A DNA stretch of 64,000 bases from an uncultured Acidobacteriota bacterium (lineage in GTDB: Bacteria > Acidobacteriota > Vicinamibacteria > Vicinamibacterales > UBA2999), in assembly GCA_963814955.1 (NCBI GenBank), contig CAWFEX010000013.1, positions 245,921 through 309,920 of the forward strand, written 5' to 3'. The first letter of the stretch is position 1; each line of letters opens with the position of its first letter. The position numbers and the translations under genes are program-made. The notes beneath the pieces were generated by a model that did no database searches, was not told where the DNA came from, and saw only the letters and a program-made list of their open reading frames with translations. Positions 17,931 through 27,723 of the stretch are shown here, piece by piece.

Positions 17931-18100
17931 ATAACCGTAGTGTCCGGCCATTCTCGGACAACCGCAGTGTCCGGCTTTAGCCGGACCTGAAGTCCGCCTG
18001 CCCTTCGACTTACGCTCAGGGCACCCCGAGCACGTCGAGGGGTGAAGGCGGACACTACGTCGGTTATAAAACCGGTTCTAGGCACTTCAGGCACTTTAGA
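17931..18100. repeat. MITE-like REP composite (family 2, GTAGTGTCCGG heads) plus adjoining AGTGCCT-word / AACCGGTT module
   Basis: 17931-18067 is bounded by ATAACCGTAGTGTCCGG ... CGGACACTACGTCGGTTAT. The internal about 110 bp is the reverse complement of 36204-36320. 18068-18100 matches the module at 4403-4450. Confidence 0.8.
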
Positions 18101-18118
18101 GAAAGTGAAAGGAGAGTA

Positions 18119-18445
18119 TTGAAGCCTGTCATCGTCGGTCTTCTTGCACTCGCCGCCTTGTCCGGCGCCCAGCGAACGCAGACGTTCAGCGGTGTCATTA
18201 CCGACGACGTGTGTGCGCGGGACGGTCACGCCGGCATGCAGATGGGGCCAACCGACGCAGAATGCACGCGATTGTGCGTCATGCTGCACGGCGCTTCATA
18301 CGTGTTGTACGACGGCAAGGATGTGTACACCCTCATCGGGCAGAACGAGCCGGACGAATTCGCAGGGCAGAAGGTGCGGGTTGTCGGAACGCTCGACGCG
18401 AAGTCGAAGGCCATCCACGTCGAGTCGATAACGGCCGCGGACTGA
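18119..18445 (+). CDS. small secreted Cys/His/Met-rich protein
   Basis: AAAGGAGAG upstream of TTG 18119. Signal MKPVIVGLLALAALSGA. Contains CARDGHAGMQMGPTDAECTRLCVMLHG. Confidence 0.6.
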   Translation: MKPVIVGLLALAALSGAQRTQTFSGVITDDVCARDGHAGMQMGPTDAECTRLCVMLHGASYVLYDGKDVYTLIGQNEPDEFAGQKVRVVGTLDAKSKAIHVESITAAD

Positions 18446-18478
18446 GCGGGCTGGGGCACGCACCAGTGCAGCCGCACG

Positions 18479-19855
18479 TCACGCGCGGCTCGGTACCGAG
18501 GCAATCGAAGGGGTGTGGGCGAAGTCGAGGCGCCGGCGGAATTCGCGCCGCAGAAGCAGCATGATCACCGCGAGTTGCATGGCTCCGGCAACGACCGACA
18601 GATACCAGATCCATCGCAGTTCGAATCCGGGAACCCGCGCCAGCGCGAACGCAGGAATCGCGACCGCGACGATGCGGGCGAACGACGCGGCGAGCGGAGG
18701 CAATGTATTGCCCATCGCCTGAAACATGCTGGAGGCGACGAACACGATCCCCGCGGCGGCGAGGTTCCACGAGGTGATCCACAGGTACTCGGCGCCCATG
18801 CCGATCACCTGCGGGTCATCGGTGAAGACGCCAACCATCGGCTGTCCGGCGATCTGACAGAGAAGCGTTACGAGAAGCATGAAGGTTGCGGCCATCGCAA
18901 CCGCCGTCTTGAACGTGGCGCGGACGCGATCCGGTTGCCCCGCGCCAAAGTTCTGCCCGGCGACGGGCGCCACGGAAAAGGCCAGCGCGACCACCGGCAT
19001 GAACGCCGCCTGCGTGATTCGCATGCCTATGCCGAATCCAGCCTGCGCGGCCGCGCCGAACGGGCGCGCGATGATGTACACGACGAATACGTATACCCCC
19101 ATCAAAACGAACTCGCCACCGGCGGGAAGTCCGATCGCAAGCATCCTTCTCCAGATTCCGATCGAGGGTTTCCAGTCGGCGGGGACCAGCTTCAGATAGG
19201 ACGTTTCCGGTCGCAGGAACATCGACAACCACACATTGCCGACGACGACCGCCAGCAGAGAGGCGATGGCGGCGCCGGCCACGCCAAGCGGCCGATGGCC
19301 GATCCAGCCGAAGATCAGGAACGGCGCCAATGCGATGTTCAGAATCACCGTGGCCGTCTGCACGACCATACCGGGCCTGAAGTTGCCCGTGCCGCGCAGC
19401 GCGGCGCCGATGCACGCCATCGGGAGCTGCAGCGCCATGGCCGGGATGAACCAGAGAAGGTATTCCCCCGCCTGAGAGGCGGTTCGATCGTCCGGACCCA
19501 GAAGGTTGACATACGGCGTGCGCAGACCCATCGCGACGATGAAAAAGATCAGACCTACGACAACGGACAGTCCCATCGCCTGGTCGAACGCGAGCTGGGC
19601 GCCAGTGCGATCTTTTCGACCGACGGCGTGCGACACGAGCGTGGTGACGCCAACCCCGAGCATCTGGGTGATCGCAATCACGATGAAGGTAAGGTTGCCG
19701 GCGATGCCGACGCCCGCAACCGCCTCCTTTCCAAGTCGGCCGACCCAGTACAAATCGACCAGGAAATAAAGCGTCTGGAACATCATCGTGACCAGCATGA
19801 AGCCGGCCGTCTTTACAAGATGCCGCGCGACCGATCCGGTTGTCAGATCCTGCAT
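18479..19855 (-). CDS. MATE family efflux transporter
   Basis: 458 aa with 12 TM segments. N-terminus MQDLTTGSVARHLVKTAGFMLVTMMFQTLYFLVDLYWVGRLGKEAVAGVG is typical of MATE/NorM proteins. Confidence 0.85.
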   Translation of the reverse strand: MQDLTTGSVARHLVKTAGFMLVTMMFQTLYFLVDLYWVGRLGKEAVAGVGIAGNLTFIVIAITQMLGVGVTTLVSHAVGRKDRTGAQLAFDQAMGLSVVVGLIFFIVAMGLRTPYVNLLGPDDRTASQAGEYLLWFIPAMALQLPMACIGAALRGTGNFRPGMVVQTATVILNIALAPFLIFGWIGHRPLGVAGAAIASLLAVVVGNVWLSMFLRPETSYLKLVPADWKPSIGIWRRMLAIGLPAGGEFVLMGVYVFVVYIIARPFGAAAQAGFGIGMRITQAAFMPVVALAFSVAPVAGQNFGAGQPDRVRATFKTAVAMAATFMLLVTLLCQIAGQPMVGVFTDDPQVIGMGAEYLWITSWNLAAAGIVFVASSMFQAMGNTLPPLAASFARIVAVAIPAFALARVPGFELRWIWYLSVVAGAMQLAVIMLLLRREFRRRLDFAHTPSIASVPSRA

Positions 19856-19859
19856 CTCG

Positions 19860-21257
19860 CTATTGTGGCTGCCGAGCCAGCTCGCGTCGGGTGGATGTAC
19901 GGCGCTCGATCGTCATTGGCATGCCGAATCGTGGACGGAGCGAAATGAGCGGATGCGGTTCGACTTTGTGCCCTGGGATCAGGTGAAGACGATAGTCCTG
20001 GGCAAGTGTCGCGAGCACGAGATGCGCCTCAACGAGCGCGAATTGGTTGCCAATACACTGTCGCGGACCGGCGCCGAACGGCAGATAGGCAAACTTCGGC
20101 CGATCCGCGACGCGCTCCGGCGTGAAGCGATCGGGATCGAACACTTCCGCATCCGGCCAGAAGGCGGGCAGGCGGTGCAGGACGTAAGGGATGATCAGCG
20201 CGAGCCATCCTCGCGGCAGGGGGAACCCGCCGAGCTCGTCATCGGCCAGTGCCTGCCGGGAGAACGCCCAGGCCGGTGGATACAGTCGCATGGATTCGTC
20301 CAGCACCATGCGCGTGTACGGCAGATTTCCCAGATCGGAATATTCCGGACGCCGACCGTCGAGTACCGCATCGATCTCCTGTTCCAGCCTCCGCCGCGCT
20401 GCATCGGACGTCGCGAGCAGATACCAGGTCCAGGTCAATGCCAGCGACGTCGTCTCCTGACCCGCCAGCAGAAACGTCGTCACCTCAACCTTCAGTTGCT
20501 CGTCGGTCATTGTCTCGCCGGTCTCTTCGTCGCGGGCGGACATCAGCATGGACAGCAGGTCGGCGCTGTCAGTGGGGTTCCGTCGGCGCTGGCTGATGAC
20601 GTGATCGACGGCACCCTGGAGCACCGCCCGCGCCGCCTGGAAACGCCGGTACTTCGGGGTTGGCCATCGATCCGTGAACCCAAGCGACCAGAAGCTCTCG
20701 CCGATATGTTCGTTGATGACCATCCACGCACGATCGACGTCGCCGGCGAACGGGCCAAGGTCGGACCCCAGCAGCGCGCGCAGCACGACCGTGCGCGTGA
20801 GACGCATCATCTCGGCGGCGATGTCCACAGGACGCCCGTGTGACGCGATCGCCTGCCACTCGGCTGCGGTTTCCCGGGCGGCATCCACCATAATGCCGGC
20901 CAGGGCCGAGATTCGCTGCCGATGAAATGCGGGTTGCGCAATCCGCCGCTGGCGCAGCCAGAACTCGTCCTCGCTGGTCAACAGGCCGTTGCCGAGCGAG
21001 GCGCGCAGTTTGTCGTACAGAGGGCTCTTGTGATAGTTGCGCGCGTTCTCCTGCAGCACGTGACGAATGTCACGCGGATTCGTGATGAGGTAAGCGCGTC
21101 GCGGACCGATCTTCAGAAACACGACGTCGCCGAAGCGGCGCGCGGCGTCCATGAAAACTGCTGTCGGGTTGCGTCTGACCGCCGGGAGCATGCCCAGGAT
21201 CGGGAGCCCACGAGGGCCCGGTGGCAGCCTCAGAGCGGAACCATCAGAGCTGCGCAT
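19860..21257 (-). CDS. cytochrome P450
   Basis: Heme loop FGAGPRQCIGNQFA (FxxGxRxCxG), ExxR (ESMR) and I-helix LLAGQETT. The stop lies 4 nt from the MATE start. Confidence 0.9.
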   Translation of the reverse strand: MRSSDGSALRLPPGPRGLPILGMLPAVRRNPTAVFMDAARRFGDVVFLKIGPRRAYLITNPRDIRHVLQENARNYHKSPLYDKLRASLGNGLLTSEDEFWLRQRRIAQPAFHRQRISALAGIMVDAARETAAEWQAIASHGRPVDIAAEMMRLTRTVVLRALLGSDLGPFAGDVDRAWMVINEHIGESFWSLGFTDRWPTPKYRRFQAARAVLQGAVDHVISQRRRNPTDSADLLSMLMSARDEETGETMTDEQLKVEVTTFLLAGQETTSLALTWTWYLLATSDAARRRLEQEIDAVLDGRRPEYSDLGNLPYTRMVLDESMRLYPPAWAFSRQALADDELGGFPLPRGWLALIIPYVLHRLPAFWPDAEVFDPDRFTPERVADRPKFAYLPFGAGPRQCIGNQFALVEAHLVLATLAQDYRLHLIPGHKVEPHPLISLRPRFGMPMTIERRTSTRRELARQPQ

Positions 21258-21330
21258 CGTACGAGACGACTATAGCGCCGATGGCACGCCCGTCTTGCGC
21301 GCCGACCCGCCCGTCATGCGACTGGGGATG

Positions 21331-21358
21331 TACGTAGTGTCCGGCTTCAGCCGGATTA
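21331..21358. repeat. REP hairpin, family 2
   Basis: TACGTAGTGTCCGGCTTCAGCCGGATTA, a single copy between the P450 start and the kinase stop. Confidence 0.7.
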
Positions 21359-21371
21359 ACAGGTTTGCCCG

Positions 21372-23642
21372 CTAGAGGGCCGACGATCGTGATGCCGCTT
21401 GGGCCGCGAGTCTCACAAGCTCGGCTTCAAGAACGGAAAGTTCCACAGGCTTCGCCAGGTGCATCTGGAAACCAGCTTCCGCCGCCAGTTTGCGGTCCGC
21501 TTCGTGCGCGAAGGCACTGAGTGCGATTGCCGGAATCCGGCCGAGCATGCCAGGGATGGCGCGAATCTGCCGCATGAGCGAAAGCCCGTCCTCACCGGGC
21601 ATGCCGATGTCGCTGACGAGCACGTCTGCGGCGTTACTCATGAGCTCGTCGAGAGCGGCGCGCGCCGAATGTGCGGTCGTGACGTGGGCGCCCGCGGCGC
21701 CCAGAGCCTCGGCCAGGAGGTCCCTCGTATCGGCGTCGTCATCTACGACGAGAATGCGGACGCCGGCGAGCGGTGACGATTGAAGCGCCAGAGACGCGGG
21801 CGGAACTGGACTGGCGGATGGAGTGTTCGCCGGAAGGCGCAAGACGAAGCGGGCGCCCCGGTTGACGCCTTCGCTGTGAGCCTCGACGGTGCCGCCGTGG
21901 AGCTCCGCAAGACATCGCGTGATGGCCAGACCGAGACCAACACCTGTGTGCGGCCGTGTCGTCGAGCTGTCGGCCTGGCGGAACCGCTCGAACACGTGGG
22001 GCAGGAACTCGGGGGCAATCCCGACCCCGGTGTCACTGACGCTCAGCTGAACGAACGACTGTTCCTCGGTGAGCTCTACCGACACGCGACCGTCGCGGGG
22101 CGTGAACTTGATGGCGTTCGAAAGAAGGTTCCAGATGATCTGCTCGACCCGGGCGATGTCGCCGTAGATATTGCCTGTGCCGGGCACGATGGCGGCATCG
22201 AGTCGTACGCCGCCTTCTTCGGCAGCCGGCCGCAGCGACTCGACCACGGCCGACGCAATCGTGGCGACCGTCAGCGGCTGGAGCTCCAACCGCATCTTGC
22301 CCGTCACGATACGAGAGACATCCAGGAGGTCCTCGATCAGGTGGGCCTGGAGACGGGCATTCCTGTCTATGACCTGCAGCGCGTGTTGGCGGCGCTCCTC
22401 GGCCAGGGTCCCGGTGCGCAGCATCGAAAGCCATCCCAACACCGCATTGAGCGGCGTTCGCAGTTCGTGCGACAGCATCGCGAGGAACTCGTCCTTCGAG
22501 TGATCCGCTTCCTGCGCCTGCGTCCGCGCCTCTCGCTCACGGACAACCAGATCGCGAAGCTGCGATTCACTCTCACGCAGCGCGTGTTCCGAGGCTTCGA
22601 GAACGGCCTGGTGATGGGCCGACGCTTCCCAGGCGCGAACCTGGACGCGCGTCATCACGAACAACATCAACGACAGCAACAGGCCGGCAACCAGTGTCCA
22701 CTGCGCCGCCAGCGGAAAGGCGACGACCGCGCCGCCGAGGGACCTCACAATCATGAGCCATTCGCGACCCGCTCCATGAACGAGCTGTGCCGACTGGAAC
22801 TGCAGCGCGGTGGTGTCGTCCGCGGATCGGTGAAGCAGCGCGGTCGGCTGAGGATCGGCGCCGTCGTACACCTCGAACGCCACGGACGGCGTGGCCTCTT
22901 CGACGATGTCGGTGAAGAGCTCGACAGGATGGAATGAACTGAAGACGAATCCCACGAGCGCCCGTCGACGGTCGGCCACCGTGCGGATCGTCGCTCCGCT
23001 CCGGTAGATCGGCACGTAGAGGATGAAACCCCCTGACACGCCCACCTCGAAGGGCTCGGTCGCGCCAACCTTGTCGGACAACGTCGGCTCACCAGAGTCG
23101 CGAGCGTTTTCCATCGCGGCGCGCTGAACCGCATCGGTCCACATGTCGAAACCGATCGCCCGTCGATCGCCCCCGGCTGTGGGTTCGAGAAAGACGATGG
23201 GGTAATACTCCGGCCTCGGGCCTCGCGGTGAAACGGTGAGCTGTGTCGGGCTGTCAAGGTTGATGGCTCGAACGACGTCGTTCAGGTCGCGGCGGGCGAT
23301 ACGCTGTGAAAAGCCGATGCCCTCGAGCCCCGGGTAACGTTCGGGCAAAGCGAGGTGGGTGATAAAGGACCGGAACTCCGCGGGGTTCTTCTCGTTGCTC
23401 GACGCAAACAGCGCCGCCGCGGCACGAGTCACCTCGAGATAACTGTTGACCCTGCCCTCAATTTGCTGGCGCGTCCCTTCCGCGTTGCTGAGGAATGCCG
23501 CCCGGGCCCGCGCCTGAATGCTCACCGCCACGTACAACGCGACGGCGACCGACAACAGACAAGACAACAGGAGCAGGGCGTATGGCACCCATCGCCGCAG
23601 TGGAAGCCGTGGCCGTCCGATGTGGAACCCGCGGTTTTTCAC
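21372..23642 (-). CDS. hybrid sensor histidine kinase with periplasmic CHASE-type domain and C-terminal receiver
   Basis: TM - about 260-aa sensor (YPGLEGIGFSQRI...YPIVFLEP...AIGFDM) - TM - H-box SHELRTPLNAV - HATPase (DTGVGI, GVGLGLAI) - receiver (ILVVDDDADTRD...SDIGMPGEDG). Confidence 0.85.
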   Translation of the reverse strand: MKNRGFHIGRPRLPLRRWVPYALLLLSCLLSVAVALYVAVSIQARARAAFLSNAEGTRQQIEGRVNSYLEVTRAAAALFASSNEKNPAEFRSFITHLALPERYPGLEGIGFSQRIARRDLNDVVRAINLDSPTQLTVSPRGPRPEYYPIVFLEPTAGGDRRAIGFDMWTDAVQRAAMENARDSGEPTLSDKVGATEPFEVGVSGGFILYVPIYRSGATIRTVADRRRALVGFVFSSFHPVELFTDIVEEATPSVAFEVYDGADPQPTALLHRSADDTTALQFQSAQLVHGAGREWLMIVRSLGGAVVAFPLAAQWTLVAGLLLSLMLFVMTRVQVRAWEASAHHQAVLEASEHALRESESQLRDLVVREREARTQAQEADHSKDEFLAMLSHELRTPLNAVLGWLSMLRTGTLAEERRQHALQVIDRNARLQAHLIEDLLDVSRIVTGKMRLELQPLTVATIASAVVESLRPAAEEGGVRLDAAIVPGTGNIYGDIARVEQIIWNLLSNAIKFTPRDGRVSVELTEEQSFVQLSVSDTGVGIAPEFLPHVFERFRQADSSTTRPHTGVGLGLAITRCLAELHGGTVEAHSEGVNRGARFVLRLPANTPSASPVPPASLALQSSPLAGVRILVVDDDADTRDLLAEALGAAGAHVTTAHSARAALDELMSNAADVLVSDIGMPGEDGLSLMRQIRAIPGMLGRIPAIALSAFAHEADRKLAAEAGFQMHLAKPVELSVLEAELVRLAAQAASRSSAL

Positions 23643-23885
23643 AGCAGTAACGTGATAGACAGGCTTCCCGCGTTTGTAGAAACCCGACTTGGACGAGGGG
23701 CCTGACGGTTCGTGCTCGTCCTGTCAGACCGACGACGCCGTTCACACCGCAATCGCGGTGCCTACACCGAGGGGCCGTTCAGCGGGTGGAATTTCAATGA
23801 GTTGGCGAAATGGAATTGCAGAATTGTCCCCGAACGGCAATTCCTGTCGTGGCCCGCACGCGCCGGGGGGCGCGATACTAGTGTC

Positions 23886-24578
23886 ATGTCGCCGGCCGCG
23901 GGCCTGATTCATCACACCGATGGCATCACACGCTGCTGGTGGCCAGGCGAGGATCACGCGTATCTGCGTTATCACGATGATGAATGGGGGATTCCCGTCG
24001 CCGAGGACCGGCGGCTGTTCGAAAAGATCTGCCTCGAAGGATTCCAGGCGGGGCTGAGCTGGCTGACGATTCTCCGCAAACGTCCGCACTTCCGAAACGC
24101 CTTCGCGGATTTCGATGTCGACCGCGTCGCGCGGTTCAACGCCCGCGACATACGGCGACTGCTCAGCGACGAGAGAATCATCCGTCATCGCGGCAAGATC
24201 GAATCGGCGATCAACAACGCCAGGCGCGCTGCCGCAATCCGCGAGGAGTTCGGATCGCTGGCGGCGTACTTCTGGAGCTGGGAACCAGACCCGCGGTCGC
24301 GCCCGCGGCGCCTGACGCGAAACGCACTCATGCAGCTTGCGCGGACACCGCAATCCATCGCGTTGAGCAAGGACTTGAAGCGGCGGGGTTGGACGTTTGT
24401 GGGACCGACGACGGTTTATGCCTTCATGCAGGCCATGGGTCTGGTGAACGATCATCTGGAAGGCTGCGCGAGCAGGGCCGTCATCGAACAAGCGCGGGCG
24501 GTGTTCCGGCGGCCGTTCACGAATCCCGAATCGCGTCGTGCTGGTCGGCGAGACGCCGCAGAACAGGGGCGACCTTGA
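23886..24578 (+). CDS. tag: DNA-3-methyladenine glycosylase I
   Basis: CWWPGEDHAYLRYHDDEWGIPV...EGFQAGLSWLTILRKR...RGWTFVGPTTVYAFMQAMGLVNDH is colinear with E. coli Tag. ATG 23886 chosen. Confidence 0.85.
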   Translation: MSPAAGLIHHTDGITRCWWPGEDHAYLRYHDDEWGIPVAEDRRLFEKICLEGFQAGLSWLTILRKRPHFRNAFADFDVDRVARFNARDIRRLLSDERIIRHRGKIESAINNARRAAAIREEFGSLAAYFWSWEPDPRSRPRRLTRNALMQLARTPQSIALSKDLKRRGWTFVGPTTVYAFMQAMGLVNDHLEGCASRAVIEQARAVFRRPFTNPESRRAGRRDAAEQGRP

Positions 24579-26487
24579 CAAAAGCATCGACGACAGCTGG
24601 ATCGAAGTGCGTTCCGCTGCCTTTGACGATGAAGGCGACGACGTCATCGTGCTGCATGGCCTCGTGATAAACGCGACGCGAATGGATGGCGTCGTACACA
24701 TCCACGAGCGCAATCAGGCGGCCGGCAATGGGAATCTCGGTGCCGCGTAAGCCCTGCGGGTAGCCGGTCCCGTCCCACTTCTCATGGTGGGTGTAGACGA
24801 TGTCCTTGGCGATGGTCAGCGTGACGTCGTCGCGTATTCCCACTTCGCGTTCTGTCTTGAGAATGACATCTCGCCCGTGGGTCGGGTGCTTGCGCATTTC
24901 CAGCAGCTCGTCCGCGGTGAGCACCCCAGGCTTGTTCAGCAGGCTATCCGGCACGCCCACTTTTCCGATGTCGTGGAGAGGCGCGAGCGTCGAGAGCAGA
25001 TCGATTCGTTCGGGAGTCAAGTAGGCGCTGAATTCGGGACGGGTCGCGAGCTCCTGCGCGAGTACGCGCGTGTATTGCTGCGTTCGCCGTGAATGCCTTC
25101 CCGTTTCGACGTCCCTGATTTCGACGAGCGAGAGAAGTGCCTGAACCATCACCCGCTCCGTCGTGACTTTGTCGCGCCCGGCTCGATCGGCGCGGATTCG
25201 CTCGATCACGACTTGAGCAACGGTCATGAACGCGAGAGCGGAAGAAAGACCGATCGTCGGGAACAGCGGCGACAGGAAGGCGCCGTGTCGCGAGAGCAGC
25301 GCGACAGCCACGGCCCACGCTCCGATCAGGCCGAGAATCGCGCTGACGCCACCCCAGGCGAGGCCAAAGCGGGACACCACCAGGGCGGCGAGCATGCCGA
25401 GCGCCAGTACAGACAACGTCTCGAGGGTCAGCCCGTACTCAGGCCGACGAAGGAAGTCCCGCTGCAGGAGGTTGTCGGCGACCGTGGCCTGGACTTCGAC
25501 ACCGGTAAACACTGTGTCGAGAGGTGTCGATACGACCTCTCGCGTGCCGAGTGCGCTGGTGCCGACAAACACGATCTTGTCCTTGAAGGCATTCGCATGC
25601 GCCTGGCCGTTCAGGACATCGACAGCCGAGACATACGCAAAGGTATTTTTGACGCCTCGGTATCGCAGGAGCAGATTGCTCTTGCCGTCGAGCGGCACAT
25701 GCACGTCGCCGCCTGCGCCGACCTGGTGAGCACTTTCACCTCGGTCCCCACCGTCTTCCGAGATCAACAGCGTCGAGGCGTCCACATTCGCGACGCGCAG
25801 CGCCACGCCGCGCGTTCTCGTTGCTGCTGAGACGGCGGCGAGCGCCAGAGCCGGATAGACGTGGCCCTCGAATTCCACAACGAGCGGAACGCGTCTGAGA
25901 ATGCCATCGACGTCGGGCACGGCGTTCATAAATCCCGAGGCACCCGCGGCCCGTGCGAGGTTCGGCAGGTTGCACACGGAGGCGGACGCCCGGAAAAACG
26001 GATCAGCCGCGTGCTCGTCATCGCCCTGAATGATGGCGAGGCCAAGTGGGTGATGTACGCATTCACGCCGCAATTGGCCGGGATCGTCGAACGTCAGCGC
26101 AAAGCCCAGCACGACGCGACCGGCGTGAAGCGCGTCCGCAAGTATGGCGTCGGGGTCTTCACCCGATTCACCAATCCGGTCCGATTCGGCGAACATGATA
26201 TCGAGCGCGACGATGGACGCGCCGAGATCCCGCAGGTTGCCGATCAACCGTGCGATGAGATCGCGCCGCCAGGGCCATTGGCCGATCGTGGTGAGACTTC
26301 GCTCGTCGACGTCGACGATGACGATTCTGCCATCAGGCGGGTGAGTGCCGGCGGCGCGCACCAGCGTGTCGTAGATGCGCCAGTCCATGCGGGCGAGTGA
26401 CGCCGGGCGGTAGAGACAGAGTGCTGCGACGACGAGCGTCGGCACCAGTCCACACAGGACAACGAGCCGCCGCAGGCCGATTGTCAT
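24517..26487 (-). CDS. CHASE2 sensor - 3 TM - HD-GYP phosphodiesterase
   Basis: N-terminal CHASE2 pattern (IVIVDVDERSL...GQWPWRRD...ALDIMF). C-terminal HDIGKVGVP...HHEKWDGTGYP (HD-GYP). Confidence 0.85.
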   Translation of the reverse strand: MTIGLRRLVVLCGLVPTLVVAALCLYRPASLARMDWRIYDTLVRAAGTHPPDGRIVIVDVDERSLTTIGQWPWRRDLIARLIGNLRDLGASIVALDIMFAESDRIGESGEDPDAILADALHAGRVVLGFALTFDDPGQLRRECVHHPLGLAIIQGDDEHAADPFFRASASVCNLPNLARAAGASGFMNAVPDVDGILRRVPLVVEFEGHVYPALALAAVSAATRTRGVALRVANVDASTLLISEDGGDRGESAHQVGAGGDVHVPLDGKSNLLLRYRGVKNTFAYVSAVDVLNGQAHANAFKDKIVFVGTSALGTREVVSTPLDTVFTGVEVQATVADNLLQRDFLRRPEYGLTLETLSVLALGMLAALVVSRFGLAWGGVSAILGLIGAWAVAVALLSRHGAFLSPLFPTIGLSSALAFMTVAQVVIERIRADRAGRDKVTTERVMVQALLSLVEIRDVETGRHSRRTQQYTRVLAQELATRPEFSAYLTPERIDLLSTLAPLHDIGKVGVPDSLLNKPGVLTADELLEMRKHPTHGRDVILKTEREVGIRDDVTLTIAKDIVYTHHEKWDGTGYPQGLRGTEIPIAGRLIALVDVYDAIHSRRVYHEAMQHDDVVAFIVKGSGTHFDPAVVDAFVKVAPVLRRLADQHDAIRDS

Positions 26488-27122
26488 CTGACGGAGATAT
26501 CGACGCGGCGGTTCCTGGGCTCGAACACGTCGTCTGCCGTCGGGACCAGCAGATCGGACTCGCCGTGCGAAGTCACCTCGATCGCCGACGCGTCGAGGCC
26601 GGCGTCGATCAGAAAGCCGCGGACCATCTCGGCGCGTTTCCGGCCAAGATCGAAGTTTGCGGTAATTGTGCCTGTGGTGTCGGTGTGGCCGATGATCAGG
26701 AGCTCGGGAACAGGATGCTCTTTGATAGCCTGCAGAATGTCGGGGACCATGGAGCGGCTGTCGTCGGTGAGCTCGTCCGACTCGAAACGAAAGTACACCG
26801 TAAACCGTTGCGGCGCTGGCGGGAGAGCCCTCAGGGCGTCTCCGAAGATTCGGCGCACATCCGATTCGCTCAGGCGGGTCGCGGGCGATGGCGCCTCGTT
26901 GGCCGATGCGACTGTCGCTTCGCGCGCCTCGTCCAGATCGGTTGTCCCTGAAGAGTTCGAGACCGCCGCGCGCCCTGACGAGTCGTCTTCACCGTCGGGA
27001 AGCAATACCGTTAGTGTTTGACCGGGGCGCTCGACAAGCTCAATACGCAGCATTGCGCACGCCGACGCGAATCCCGCGCCGGCGAGCGCAACGAGAACAA
27101 CGAGCGGTCGTGCTCCAATCAT
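26484..27122 (-). CDS. OmpA/MotB-like peptidoglycan-binding protein
   Basis: ATGA overlaps at both ends. C-terminal LIIGHTDTTGT...NFDLGRKRAEMV...RNRRVDI motif. Confidence 0.8.
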   Translation of the reverse strand: MIGARPLVVLVALAGAGFASACAMLRIELVERPGQTLTVLLPDGEDDSSGRAAVSNSSGTTDLDEAREATVASANEAPSPATRLSESDVRRIFGDALRALPPAPQRFTVYFRFESDELTDDSRSMVPDILQAIKEHPVPELLIIGHTDTTGTITANFDLGRKRAEMVRGFLIDAGLDASAIEVTSHGESDLLVPTADDVFEPRNRRVDISVR

Positions 27123-27619
27123 TCCGGTACGACACGCAGCGCCAGTGTCGTCCCGCGAACACCGACAATTGCCCCAGGAGTTTCAAGACGGACCGAGTCG
27201 GGCGACAGCTTTGCGATGCGTCCGGACACGTACGCCGCTACGCCGCGAACCACTTTGAGCACGAATCCGAGCTGGCCCGCTGAAGGGGCGTACGCGAAAC
27301 GTTCGAGGGAGACCTCGCTGGCGGGGCCAAGCGACACTCGCGTGTCGTCATTCAGAGTGATCCCGATGCGGCCGTCGGCGCCCGTCCTGACAACGTCGGC
27401 TTCGTACACCGGCTGTCCAACATGAGCAGGGCCGACGTTTCCGGCGCGGACGATGAATACTGAGCCCGAGGCAACCTTGACGCGTCCGGCAGCCAGCGGT
27501 TCAGCGAAGGCTGGCGTCGCCGCGAGCAACATAACGCCGGCGAAAAGCCACGGTACGGCGCGCAGGCGTGCACCGTGGGAACTGCTGCGGCTTCGATGAT
27601 TCATCATGCAACACCCCAC
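27119..27619 (-). CDS. FecR-domain protein
   Basis: Signal peptide, then GRVKVASGSVFIVRAG...G.PVYEADVVRTGADGRIGITLNDDTRVSLGPASEVSL, typical of FecR domains. The start may be 27604-27607. Confidence 0.75.
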   Translation of the reverse strand: MGCCMMNHRSRSSSHGARLRAVPWLFAGVMLLAATPAFAEPLAAGRVKVASGSVFIVRAGNVGPAHVGQPVYEADVVRTGADGRIGITLNDDTRVSLGPASEVSLERFAYAPSAGQLGFVLKVVRGVAAYVSGRIAKLSPDSVRLETPGAIVGVRGTTLALRVVPE

Positions 27620-27723
27620 TTTCAGCCCGATTTGCGGGTTCTTAAGCTACATATCGTTTATCGGCTTTGCGGGGTGGTCAGTACATCTGCACACGATTGC
27701 ACGGCCCGAAGCGGGCGACATTG

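Noticed and set aside
17931-18067. REP/MITE-like element considered as an autonomous mobile element
   Set aside because: There is no transposase, integrase or RAYT gene anywhere in the window. I report it only as a non-autonomous repeat.
18515-19948. 477-aa plus-strand ORF across the MATE gene
   Set aside because: Highly charged Arg/Asp/His-rich shadow ORF. The minus strand gives a 12-TM MATE protein.
18479-21257. P450 + MATE pair considered as a secondary-metabolite gene cluster
   Set aside because: No core biosynthetic enzyme (PKS, NRPS, terpene synthase or RiPP precursor) is nearby. It is more likely a detoxification or efflux pair.
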